Part shown: one piece after another, positions 8,069 through 17,050 of the stretch
Layout: every line of letters starts with the position of its first letter
Numbering within the stretch: the first letter of the stretch is position 1
Assembly (NCBI GenBank): GCA_963806035.1
Contig: CAWDWO010000016.1
Span: forward strand, 138,581 to 159,115
DNA: 20,535 nucleotides
Reading direction: 5' to 3'
Origin: Candidatus Krumholzibacteriota bacterium
GTDB taxonomy: Bacteria > Krumholzibacteriota > Krumholzibacteriia > JAJRXK01
Position numbers and translations under genes: made by a program
The notes under the pieces: generated by a model
What the model was told of the DNA's origin: nothing
What the model saw: only the letters and a program-made list of their open reading frames with translations
The model's database searches: none

Positions 8069-9643
8069 GTGACGAATAGAGGGCGATCTACCCTGAGAGC
8101 CGCGTGGAGCGTGGGCTTGATTTTGCCTCTGGTCGTGGGCTTGCTGGCCATCTCGAGTTCCCGTCTCGCCGCCCAAGACTCAGCTCAGAAAGAATTCACG
8201 GCGCGCTCCGCCCGGATCAATCCGGGAGAGGGCCGCCCCTCGATGACTGTCACCCTCAAACAGCTCTCGCCCCCCAGCGAAGAGTGGTACATCGCGGGCA
8301 GTGACCTCGCCGATGCACTTCAGGTGGGACGCTTTTGGCGGGCGGACGTCCGCAAGCTGGTGCTGCGCTTGGATGACCTGCGGGTCACCTTCACCGCCGG
8401 CGCGCGCTCGGTGGTCAGCGAGAAGAGCACGATCCTGCTGCGCACCCCGGCGGTCTTTCACCAGGGCGAACCCTGGATCCCCATGGAGTTCTTCACCTCC
8501 GTTCTGCCGCAGCTCAGCGACAAGTCGGTTCGTTGGAATGCCGACGACTTCACGCTGAATCTGGGTGTGCGCATGACCAACGTGGAGGGTCTCAGCTTCG
8601 AGCAGGGCGATCTCTACACCCAACTCGTGGTGAAACTGAATACTCCCCTGGCATTTCGGGTGGACGACAGTCAGCCGCGGCAGCTCATCGTCAAGCTCTA
8701 CGGGGCGCGCATCTCCCCCGGAGCGCTCACCGTGACCCAACCGCGCGGCCTGGTCGACAGCGTGGAAGCTCGGCAGTACAGCGACTATGCCCTGCTCACG
8801 GTGCACCTCAGCGAGCTGGTGAGTCGCTACCAATCGCTCAGCCGCGCCGACGGACGCGAAATCGTCCTGAAAGTGATGCAGGAACCCATCACCACCATTC
8901 CCGAGCCGGTGCCGCGCGGACCGAAGATCGTGCAAACCCTGCCGTCCACGGAAGTGGGAAGGAAGATCACGGTGCGGCGCGTGATCATCGACGCGGGCCA
9001 CGGGGGCGCGGACGATGGAAAGAAGGGAGTCGGTGGACTCCTGGAAAAGGACGTCACCCTGGCCATCGCGCTCGAGTTGAAGCGCGAGTTGCAGGGCAAG
9101 GACGGGATCGAGGTCTTTCTCACCCGCGACGATGATTCGACGGTAGGTCTCATCGAGCGCACGGAATTCGCCAACCAACAGCGCGGCGATCTCTTCCTCT
9201 CGATCCACTGCAACGGTTGGTACGCGCCCGACGCCAAAGGCGTGGAAACCTATTTCTTGTCTCCCGCGAAGACGCAGTGGGACTCCACCGTCGCGCGCGA
9301 AGAGAACCTCACCACGGGCGTCGCCGAAGACGTCGACTTCATCGTCTGGGATTTGGTGCAGAACCAGTTCATCCAGGAGAGCGCGACCCTGGCCGAGGAG
9401 GTTCAGGAGGGTCTTTCCAGCGATCTGAAACTGGACAACCGCGGCGTGAAGCAGGCCGGCTTCCGCGTGCTGGTCGGGGCCTACATGCCGGCGATTCTGG
9501 TGGAAGTGGCATTTCTCTCCAATCCGCAAGAGGCCAAACTCCTGGCATCCCGGGATTTCCATCGGCGTGTCGCGCATTCCCTCGCACGGGCGATTTTGAA
9601 ATTCCGTGATCGGATGGAAGCGGTGCGGGAGGAGAAACCGTGA
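8069..9643 (+). CDS. N-acetylmuramoyl-L-alanine amidase (Amidase_3) with a signal peptide and long N-terminal region (AMIN/stalk-like)
   Basis: Zn-amidase motifs IIDAGHGG.D, EKDVTL, LTRDDD, R..FAN, SIHCN, GVETYFL, RGVKQAGF.VL..MPAILVEVAFLSN. N-terminal hydrophobic signal. GTG start 5 bp after the smpB stop. The AMIN/stalk assignment is inferred. Confidence 0.93.
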   Translation: MTNRGRSTLRAAWSVGLILPLVVGLLAISSSRLAAQDSAQKEFTARSARINPGEGRPSMTVTLKQLSPPSEEWYIAGSDLADALQVGRFWRADVRKLVLRLDDLRVTFTAGARSVVSEKSTILLRTPAVFHQGEPWIPMEFFTSVLPQLSDKSVRWNADDFTLNLGVRMTNVEGLSFEQGDLYTQLVVKLNTPLAFRVDDSQPRQLIVKLYGARISPGALTVTQPRGLVDSVEARQYSDYALLTVHLSELVSRYQSLSRADGREIVLKVMQEPITTIPEPVPRGPKIVQTLPSTEVGRKITVRRVIIDAGHGGADDGKKGVGGLLEKDVTLAIALELKRELQGKDGIEVFLTRDDDSTVGLIERTEFANQQRGDLFLSIHCNGWYAPDAKGVETYFLSPAKTQWDSTVAREENLTTGVAEDVDFIVWDLVQNQFIQESATLAEEVQEGLSSDLKLDNRGVKQAGFRVLVGAYMPAILVEVAFLSNPQEAKLLASRDFHRRVAHSLARAILKFRDRMEAVREEKP

Positions 9644-10200
9644 AGATCCCGCGCCGGATAGTCACGACGATTATGGTGGTGCTCATTGTCGGCGCGGTCG
9701 CCTTCGTCTGGGAGGAGTTCTTCCACCACAGAGGTTCCCCCGAGGAACTCGAAGTCACCGAGCCTCTCAATGAGCAGGGAATGCGCAGCGTCACCCTCTA
9801 CTTCGGGGGGCGTAATGCTGAAGGCTTCGTGAGCGAGCGTCGCATCATCACGGCTTCTTTACATCGCGATGAAGAAGTACAGGCGGTAGTGGAGGAGCTA
9901 CTGCAGGGTCCCAAGAGTGCGAGTGCCGTGCGCACTTGGCCGGAGGGCACCGCGTTGCGCGACGTGTTCTACGACGACGATCTCCATTTGTTGTATCTCG
10001 ATTTCAATACCGCCCTGGTTTCAGGAGATACCGGCGGCAGTGCCATGGAGACTATGACCCTCGGCGCATTGCTGCGCACCATCGCCGTCGACTTCCCCGA
10101 AGTGGACGGGGTTCAGATTCTGGTGAACGGGCTCGAAGTCGAGACCCTCGCCGGACACATCGATTGCACCAAGCCATTCCGCCCGCGTGAGTGGCTCTAG
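9640..10200 (+). CDS. GerMN domain membrane protein
   Basis: N-terminal TM, then VTLYF...E.R, VEELLQGP, P.GT.L, YLDF, GGS..E, V..VQILVNG.EVETLAGHID. GTGA overlap with the amidase stop. Confidence 0.88.
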   Translation: MKIPRRIVTTIMVVLIVGAVAFVWEEFFHHRGSPEELEVTEPLNEQGMRSVTLYFGGRNAEGFVSERRIITASLHRDEEVQAVVEELLQGPKSASAVRTWPEGTALRDVFYDDDLHLLYLDFNTALVSGDTGGSAMETMTLGALLRTIAVDFPEVDGVQILVNGLEVETLAGHIDCTKPFRPREWL

Positions 10201-10241
10201 TCTCTAATCCAGCGCGGGGATGATCCGCGCAAAGCACATCC

Positions 10242-11165
10242 ATGGACTCAAGACCCATCGGGGTATTCGACAGCGGCGTCGGCGGCCTCACCGTATTGAG
10301 GGCGCTGCGCGAGCGTCTGCCGAAAGAGAGCTTCGTGTACCTGGGCGATACCGCGCGCGTGCCCTACGGCACCAAGGGCGTCGCCACCATTCGCCGCTTC
10401 GCCCTACAAGCCGCGCGCTATCTGGAGTCGCGCGGGGTGAAGCGGTTGGTGGTGGCGTGCAACACCGCCAGCTCCTATGCCATCGAGGTTCTGCGCGAGG
10501 AGTGCTCGGTACCGGTGGAAGGCGTGGTGGAGCCGGGCGTGGAGGCAGCGCTGCGGGTGAGCCGGGGACACGTCGGGGTGATCGGAACTCCCGCCACCAT
10601 CGCCAGCGATCGCTACGGCGAACTATTGCGGGCAGCCAAGCCCGAGATACGCGTAGAGAGCCAGCACTGTCCGCTCTTCGTGCCTTTGGCCGAGGAGGGT
10701 TGGACGGACGACGCCATCGCCCTGAGCGTGGCCGAACGCTATCTGGCCGGTCTGCGACGCGCCGGTATCGACACCCTCATTCTGGGCTGCACCCACTATC
10801 CGCTGCTCAAGCACGCCATCGCCCAGGTGATGGGGGAGAAGGTGACCTTGGTCGATTCGGCCCTGGTGTTGGCGGAGGCGGTGGAACAGGACCTGCGCAA
10901 GGATGACGCTCTGTCTGACGGACCTGGCAGCGTACATCTGGTGGTCAGCGACCTTCCGCAGCGCTTCGCGGAGATCAGCCGGCGCTTTTTGCTGACGGAC
11001 GTGCCCGAAGTGGAAGTAGTCGATCTCGAGTTGGAGCCGGCTTCATCCGGGGCGTCGAAGGGTAAGGCCGGAGCTTCTGCGAAGAGTGAGTCAGGGAAAA
11101 ACGAGCGCAGCTCCGAGAGCCCGAGTAAGGGCAAAAAACAACCCGCGGGAAAGGATCCCTCATGA
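10242..11165 (+). CDS. murI: Glutamate racemase
   Basis: PIGVFDSGVGGLTV, YLGDTARVPYGTK, VVACNTAS and LILGCTHYPLL (both catalytic Cys present). Confidence 0.97.
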   Translation: MDSRPIGVFDSGVGGLTVLRALRERLPKESFVYLGDTARVPYGTKGVATIRRFALQAARYLESRGVKRLVVACNTASSYAIEVLREECSVPVEGVVEPGVEAALRVSRGHVGVIGTPATIASDRYGELLRAAKPEIRVESQHCPLFVPLAEEGWTDDAIALSVAERYLAGLRRAGIDTLILGCTHYPLLKHAIAQVMGEKVTLVDSALVLAEAVEQDLRKDDALSDGPGSVHLVVSDLPQRFAEISRRFLLTDVPEVEVVDLELEPASSGASKGKAGASAKSESGKNERSSESPSKGKKQPAGKDPS

Positions 11166-11905
11166 GTCGACCCAAGGACCGCAAGCCTCACGCGTTGCGA
11201 CCCGTGAAGATCACGCCCCACTACTTGCGCCACGCCGAAGGCTCCGCGCTCATCGAGATGGGTGAGACCAAAGTGGTGTGCGCCGCCTCTATCGCGCCGG
11301 GGGTGCCACGCTGGCGCAGAGACAGCGGTCTGGGTTGGGTAACTTCCGAGTACGGGATGCTTCCGCGCGCCACCAACGAGCGCACCATGCGCGAGCGCGG
11401 ACACGTGGGCGGACGCACCAGCGAAATCCAGCGGCTCATCGGCCGCAGCCTGCGCTCGGTGACCGACATGGGGATCTTCGGCGAGTTCACCCTGACCGTC
11501 GACTGCGACGTGATCGAGGCGGACGGGGGCACCCGGACCGCGAGCATCACCGGGGGCAGCGTCGCGTTGTGGATCGCGCTGGAGCGCATGCGGCGCAAGC
11601 TGCGGCTGAGCCAGCATCCCATGGCCTTTCACGTGGGTGCGGTCAGCGTGGGCATCGTCCAAAACGAGATCGTGCTGGATCTGGAGTACGTCGAGGATTC
11701 CATGGCCGAGGTGGACATGAACGTGGTGATGACGGGCAAGGGGAAGTTCGTGGAGATCCAGGGCACGGCAGAGGGCGAGAACGCCGCCTTCGACGACGCA
11801 CAGCTGCAGGCCATGTTGAATCTGGCGCGCGGTGGCATTCAGCTTCTGGGAAAGATCCAATCCCAGGCCTGTGAGATCGCGGTGAAGACGATGGAGGAGA
11901 GCTGA
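11162..11905 (+). CDS. rph: Ribonuclease PH
   Basis: AEGSALIEMG.TKV.C, GWVTSEYGMLPRAT..R..RE, GRT.EIQRLIGRSLR, DCDVIEADGGTRTASITG, EIQGTAEG. ATGA overlap with murI. Confidence 0.97.
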   Translation: MSRPKDRKPHALRPVKITPHYLRHAEGSALIEMGETKVVCAASIAPGVPRWRRDSGLGWVTSEYGMLPRATNERTMRERGHVGGRTSEIQRLIGRSLRSVTDMGIFGEFTLTVDCDVIEADGGTRTASITGGSVALWIALERMRRKLRLSQHPMAFHVGAVSVGIVQNEIVLDLEYVEDSMAEVDMNVVMTGKGKFVEIQGTAEGENAAFDDAQLQAMLNLARGGIQLLGKIQSQACEIAVKTMEES

Positions 11906-12555
11906 TGGCGGAGGCTCGCGCGCTCGTGCTCGCCACGCGCAATCGCGACAAGGTGAGCGAGATGCGGAAGCTCTTCGCCGACCTTCCCCTGGGTGATCTG
12001 CGCTGCGCGCTCGACTTTCCGCAGTTGGGGGAGGTCGAGGAGACGGGAACGACCCTGGCGGAGAACGCTCTCTTGAAAGCGCGGGCGGTGGCCGAGGCCA
12101 CTGGCCTGATGAGTGTGGCCGATGACACCGGACTCTTCGTGGATGCGCTCGATGGCGCGCCGGGAATCTACGCGGCGCGCTACGCGGGCGAGGGCTGCAC
12201 CTACGCCGACAATCGCGAGAAGCTCGTGCGCGAGCTGGCTTCGACTCCCGCGCCAAGGCGGGCGCGCTTCATGACCGCGATGGCCCTTGTCGATCCTCGG
12301 GGCGAAAGCGGCGCGCGTGAGCATGTGGTGGAAGGCGTGCTCGAGGGAGAGATCATCCGCGAGATGCGCGGAGACGGCGGTTTCGGCTACGATCCGGTGT
12401 TCCTTGTGCCGGCGGAGGGCCGCACCCTTGCGGAAATGTCGTTGGAAGAGAAGAATCGCATCAGCCACCGGGCCCAGGCGGCGGCTGCGATGCACGAGTA
12501 TTTAAGGGAGTATCTGGCGAAGAACTCGCAGCGCGGCGCGCGAGGCTCGGCGTGA
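11905..12555 (+). CDS. rdgB: Non-canonical purine NTP pyrophosphatase (RdgB/HAM1)
   Basis: LATRN.DK, EETG.TL.ENA.LKA, ADDTGL.VDAL.GAPG.Y.ARY, GFGYDPVF, EKN.ISHR. TGATG coupling with rph. Confidence 0.96.
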   Translation: MAEARALVLATRNRDKVSEMRKLFADLPLGDLRCALDFPQLGEVEETGTTLAENALLKARAVAEATGLMSVADDTGLFVDALDGAPGIYAARYAGEGCTYADNREKLVRELASTPAPRRARFMTAMALVDPRGESGAREHVVEGVLEGEIIREMRGDGGFGYDPVFLVPAEGRTLAEMSLEEKNRISHRAQAAAAMHEYLREYLAKNSQRGARGSA

Positions 12556-12581
12556 GAGAGCTGCCGCGGGCGAGGCTCAGC

Positions 12582-12610
12582 TTGACGGAAGGCCGCTTTG
12601 TGGCGAGATT
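12582..12610 (+). promoter_or_regulatory. Candidate sigma70 promoter for tRNA-Pro
   Basis: TTGACG-N17-GAGATT ending 20 bp upstream of the tRNA. Confidence 0.5.
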
Positions 12611-12630
12611 CTCCGTCCCCTTCAAACGGT

Positions 12631-12707
<77 letters not shown>

Positions 12708-12736
12708 AGTTTGCCTCTCCACATTGATGGTTACGC

Positions 12737-12779
12737 AAAAAAAGGCCCCGCGCCGTACGGCGCGGGGCCTCGTTTCGTT
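12737..12779. terminator. Bidirectional intrinsic terminator
   Basis: Perfect 28-nt palindrome AGGCCCCGCGCCGTACGGCGCGGGGCCT (12743-12770). An A7 run on the left gives the U-tail for the minus-strand gene; CGTTTCGTT lies on the right. Confidence 0.85.
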
Positions 12780-12801
12780 CCTTCGAACGTACTCCTCGCG
12801 A

Positions 12802-12954
12802 CTAGTAGCGAGCCTTCATGGCGCCCCAGCTGTTGATGCTGGTGGGAACCGGCTGCAGACAGTTGCTGTCCAACGAGTCATTAGCTTCGCCCGGCGTGAT
12901 GCAGCGCGGACTGAAGTCCACGTTGTTCTGGTCGGTGTCCACCCCATCGGGATA
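12802..12954 (-). CDS. 3' fragment of a probable secreted protein ending in SWGAMKARY* (5' part cut off at the adapter junction)
   Basis: Manual translation: YPDGVDTDQNNVDFSPRCITPGEANDSLDSNCLQPVPTSINSWGAMKARY-TAG. GC3-rich codons match the left-half genes. Followed by the strong terminator. PDG.DTD.N..DF...TPG..N resembles the tail of lamin-tail-type extracellular domains (recollection, not searched). Confidence 0.75.
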   Translation of the reverse strand, partial: YPDGVDTDQNNVDFSPRCITPGEANDSLDSNCLQPVPTSINSWGAMKARY

Positions 12955-12996
12955 AGCAATGGTAATCTTTTGCTGGCTAACCAGTTACGTATTGCT
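12955..12996. other. Oxford Nanopore ligation-adapter remnant (read-end plus read-start adapter): chimeric junction
   Basis: 12982-12996 CAGTTACGTATTGCT is an exact 15-nt match to the 3' end of the ONT adapter top strand (...GTACTTCGTTCAGTTACGTATTGCT). 12955-12965 AGCAATGGTAA approximates its reverse complement AGCAATACGTAA. Genes are truncated on both flanks, and composition and error rate change here. Confidence 0.92.
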
Positions 12997-13448
12997 TAAA
13001 TCGTAAAGCTGACAAGTGCCTGGTAGAGTAATGCCATACAGCAAGCAGCGGCGGCTCTCACTTTGGGGGACTTGTCAATAAACATGATGGCTAACAGCCC
13101 GGCCAAGCCGATGTCCATCAGAGCGTCCCACAGCCAGCCCATATAAATCATGAAGGAGATGAGGACCAAGGTAAAAAACCGCTTGGTCATGGCCTGGCGG
13201 GTGGCGGAGATGCTTGCGACCTCCGTGCGCCGCAGCCACGACAACCGCATACTGATTCCCACCACGAACATGAATAACGGCACAATGGTGTCCGCATAGG
13301 TGAAATAGTCCTGGTGGTGACTCAACTGGTCGACTTCTACTCCGAACATGCCTTTGGCATTGACCAGTATCATGCCAAAGATTGCATAACCGCGGAGTTG
13401 GTCGATCGACAGCAAACGAGTGGGTGCATCAGGCGACGTATGGGACAT
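12997..13448 (-). CDS. HGSNAT/DUF5009(DUF1624)-like membrane acyltransferase, N-terminal part, truncated at the junction
   Basis: RLLSIDQLRGYAIFGMILVN, H.....TYAD.IVPLFMFVVG.SM.LS and multiple TM segments. Likely start ATG 13448 (MSHTSPDAP). The apparent TAA at 12996-12998 uses the adapter's last base. Confidence 0.8.
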
Positions 13449-13510
13449 GGCCAGTTCCGGAGGGGGGGGATGTGTGGTGAGGATCACGGGAAACAACGTG
13501 GAACTCGAAG

Positions 13511-13540
13511 AGCCTAGCATTGCCCGGTGCGGATTGTCAA
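13511..13540 (-). promoter_or_regulatory. Candidate sigma70 promoter for the acyltransferase gene
   Basis: TTGACA-N18-TAGGCT with TGn before the -10. Confidence 0.4.
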
Positions 13541-13733
13541 AAGACATCAGGCGTTCAATCGGCGGTTGACGCCTATCGAAGCCGGCTGTATTGTCAATCA
13601 GCGACGATTCAGGACCATGCAGGGTCATCTCGTGGCACGGGAGGTCGCCGGACAGCAGGTCACAGCCGCGAATTGGCCGCGGAAGAATTCAGATTTTCCA
13701 GTGCAGGAGCCGGTTCCTGAGGAGACATGACTG

Positions 13734-14579
13734 ATGAATGATCGATGTGTCTGGATAGTTGCTGTGCTACTGCTGGCCGGCTGTGGTGGAGGGGAGGATT
13801 CGACGGAACCGGGGCGACGAAGTGTTGAAGAGGCGCAACGAACTCTCGCCCGAAAACGCGAGGGCATCGCGATGGTCGAGGCGGCAGGCGGTCGATATGA
13901 CAGCCACCATGGTCGGATTCGTTTCGATGGCCAGCCGATTACGGATGCAGACCTGGATTGGCTCAAATGTTTCCCCGGCCTGGAACGGCTTGTTCTCCGG
14001 AACACTCAAATCACGGATTCCGGACTGGTGCAAATCCAAGAACTGCACTCGCTGAACAGACTGAATCTCTCTGGGACGGGAGTCTCGGATGCCGGATTGA
14101 AACTCCTGACGCCGATGAACAGCCTGACGCATCTCTACCTCGCCCAACCACAGATCACTGACGCCGGCGTAAAAGAACTCGAGGCCATGTCCCAACTGGA
14201 GGCAATTGACCTTTCCGGGACAAAGATCACTGATGCAGGGCTGAAAAAACTCAGTGGCCTGTCCCATCTGAGCGTAATTAAACTTTCCGGGACGCAGATT
14301 ACCGATACGGGAATGGAAGTACTCAAGGGCCTGCCGGTCCTATCGATCATTGACCTTTCCGGAACGCAGATTACCGATGCGGGGCTGGAAGAACTCACGG
14401 GCCTGACCCGCCTGAACATCATTGACCTTTCCGGGACACAGATCACCGATGCAGGGCTGGAGCACATTAAAAAAATCAAGAAGCTGGTGCGGTTGAATGT
14501 TTCCAACACGCAGATTTCCGATGATGGAGTTGCAGGACTTCAAGCGGCCCTGCCCGATTGTCAGGTCAAACGAGAATAG
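13734..14579 (+). CDS. Leucine-rich repeat lipoprotein (24-aa repeats, Planctomycete-type)
   Basis: Lipobox LLLAGC. Eight 24-aa repeats ITDAGL..L..L..L..L.LSGTQ plus a C-cap G...LQAALP.C. GAGGAG RBS upstream. Confidence 0.9.
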   Translation: MNDRCVWIVAVLLLAGCGGGEDSTEPGRRSVEEAQRTLARKREGIAMVEAAGGRYDSHHGRIRFDGQPITDADLDWLKCFPGLERLVLRNTQITDSGLVQIQELHSLNRLNLSGTGVSDAGLKLLTPMNSLTHLYLAQPQITDAGVKELEAMSQLEAIDLSGTKITDAGLKKLSGLSHLSVIKLSGTQITDTGMEVLKGLPVLSIIDLSGTQITDAGLEELTGLTRLNIIDLSGTQITDAGLEHIKKIKKLVRLNVSNTQISDDGVAGLQAALPDCQVKRE

Positions 14580-14832
14580 AACTCGGCAGGTTGCACAGCG
14601 CGTCCAACACCCGTCAAAAACCGCTGTCACGTGGCGCAGCAGAATCTAAAACATCCGCACTTATGAGAAAACCCTCTCCGGCTTTTTCACACGACGTGAA
14701 GCCGGTGAGGGCATTGTTAGAATTCTCGCCGGGAACAGGCAACACTGCAACCTGAACTGTGACGCAAACGAGCAATCACGTTCCTGCAACAGCCGATAAG
14801 TCGCGGACCACAACGCTCGACGGCGGCATTTG

Positions 14833-16954
14833 TCATTTGACAATTCGCGTGCGTGCTCAAGGTTTTGCTTGGCCAGCGTCGTAACTGTGGACTGATGGCC
14901 ACCGCGCGTTCAAAACAGGCGGCAGCTTTCTGCAATTGACCGCTTTGGGCAAAGGCGACTCCCAGGGAGTTATGTGCCGACGACAGTTTCGGTTCCAGCT
15001 CGATAGCCTTTTCAAGGTCTGAAATGGCCTCGTTGATTCTTCGCTGATTCAGTCGCACGTGTTCCAAGTTCTTCCCACGATCCCGGATGCTTGTCATTGA
15101 TTGAAATCGACGTCTCGAAGCATTCGGCTGCGCGATCCAGCTGGTTGGCTTTTTGATAAAGAATTCCCAGATTGTAGTGGGCGCCGGGATAACGCGGGTC
15201 GCTATCAATGGCTCTGTTGAAACGACTGTCAGCGGCAAGGTCCCATTCCTCCAATTGGCGATGAACGTGGCCCAGGTTATAGTGTGCGTGGGCGTAGTCA
15301 GGCTGCAACTGGATAGCCATTTGGTAGCTTTTTTTGCCTGATCGAGTTGGCCTTTTCTTTCGAATTCGTACCCAGCCATACAGCGGGTTTCCGCGTCATC
15401 CGGCAGCTTCTCTGCCGCGAGCTGAGAGAGCCGACCTGCCTCTTCGTACTTGCGTGCCCATGACAACACTTTCGCCAAGTTGCGAAGTGCGACTGCGTGG
15501 GCTCGTTCGTCGACGCGCCCCATCACCTGTGCTTGTCACTTGCTGTCGAGCTTCTTCGGTCCACTGGTCCCCAGGGTCGACGATGCCCTGCGACTCAAGT
15601 TCACCGAACAGGCCAAGTGCCAATTCTCGATTGCCTTCAATCGTGGGATGGACATGATCAAGAAACCATTCCTCGCCCGTGATGCCGGTTTCGGTCTTCG
15701 TTTCGACCAGTTCCTGGAAATCCACAATCGGGACGTCAAGTTGTGCGGCGACTTCCGTGACGACCGACCGCATCTCAGGCAATATCCGCAAAGGGCAGAC
15801 ATCTTCGTCAATAGCACGCTGAAAGGCCTGTTTCGCTTCCGGATACCGGCCTGAGTGCGAAGAGGAACCTCACCCCGTTGGAAATGGTTTCCGCAAAGAG
15901 CGGATCGATCTCGATGGCCTGATCCAATGCATTCAAAGCCTGTTCCAGTTCCCCCGACTTTTGTTGGGTGGTTGCCTGGGCGACCAACTCCTTCCAGCGG
16001 GCTAAGTCGCCGGAAGACAAATCGCCTTTGTGCTGACTTTTGAACGGAGACATGTTGCGTTCGTTGGCTGCCGGATTAACGATGACAACACGTGCGCCAG
16101 CGGATCTCGCGATTTCGATCATCCTTCGAGGTTAAAACGAAAATGAGCGATGGTCTGACTCCGTTGTTCATCTGTCGCGAATGTAGTCGTCCGGTCCGAC
16201 CGAACCGTCGAGAATTGCATCGACTTCTTCGGGCAGTTTGTTTGTCGCGGATGAGCCTAGCGATCCACCGCTGCCGGAATTGCCCAGCAGTGCGCGGACT
16301 GACGAATAAATTCGCGACTGCGCCAGGATGGCACCGGTTTCGCGAACAGCACTGGGCGTGTCCATCAACCGACCGTAGGTCCGGCGTTCCAGGAACTCGT
16401 TGTGGCCGCAATAGATGATGAACAGGTCCGGTTGATATTCAATCAGTTCCTCCATCAGTGAGGCAACACGATAACTGGCATAACTGATGCCTCCGGCATT
16501 GATCACGTCCCAGTTCTGTTTGGGATCGGCCGCCTTTAGGTACTCACGCAGCCAACCGGCAAAGGAAGTCGTGTCGTCGTAAGGGCGGCCATATGTTGTG
16601 GAGCCTCCCACACAGAAAATGCGGTAATGCGTCCTTCCCTTCTTTGCAGGGAACTCTTGTGAATTGAACCACTGATAGTTTTTTGGGCACCGTGCGGTAT
16701 ATCGCTTGGCCATCCGGCGACTGAACTTCCTCAAACAATGGCGACCGGGACGTAAAACCCACGAACGGGTCTTCATTGTAGGTAACGGGGTTCACTCCAA
16801 AGGCGGCCAGCAACAGTTCCATCGCCGCAAAGAACGCCGCGGTGGCCATGATCGAAAACAGAATCTTCTTCAGCAGGGGAAGGCGGCGACGTCGGTTCGA
16901 TTGCTTCGGCTTCTCGACGTTTGACGGAGCCTGATCGTTTAGCGGAGCTGCCAT
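14833..16954 (-). CDS. Membrane-anchored SGNH/GDSL-like hydrolase with TPR repeats (multiply frameshifted; 3' end approximate)
   Basis: Stitched from ORFs 16544-16954 (TM), 16168-16776 (GGSTTYG, NAGGISYAS, YCGHNEFLE), 15808-16122 (TPR), 15396-15791 (FLDHVHP), and 14717-15526 / 15012-15320 (TPRs AHYNLG, AHNSLG). The fragments abut in alternating frames. Confidence 0.8.
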
Positions 16955-17050
16955 GAATCTTCCCTTAGTGGTGCTGCTATGAATCTTCCTAAAGTGTCTA
17001 ATCGCGTGTTTTCGAAAGTTGTTTTCTGCGATGACTTTTCGGCGTTGTGC

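Noticed and set aside
9640..10200. Evidence for sporulation or germination
   Set aside because: GerMN domains are common in non-sporulating bacteria, and no spo genes are present.
3789..12256. Long antisense ORFs (3789-5228, 6049-7461, 8180-9577, 10796-12256)
   Set aside because: They are shadows of well-supported genes on the opposite strand, a common result of high-GC codon bias. They have no recognisable motifs.
12955..12996. Terminal inverted repeats (AGCAAT...ATTGCT) of a MITE or IS
   Set aside because: The inverted symmetry is what a read-end plus read-start adapter pair produces. There is no target-site duplication or transposase.
14205..14459. CRISPR-like array (about 39-bp repeats, 33-bp spacers)
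   Set aside because: The period is exactly 72 bp and in frame within an LRR ORF. Repeats vary mostly at synonymous positions, spacers encode the LxxLxxL pattern, and there are no cas genes.
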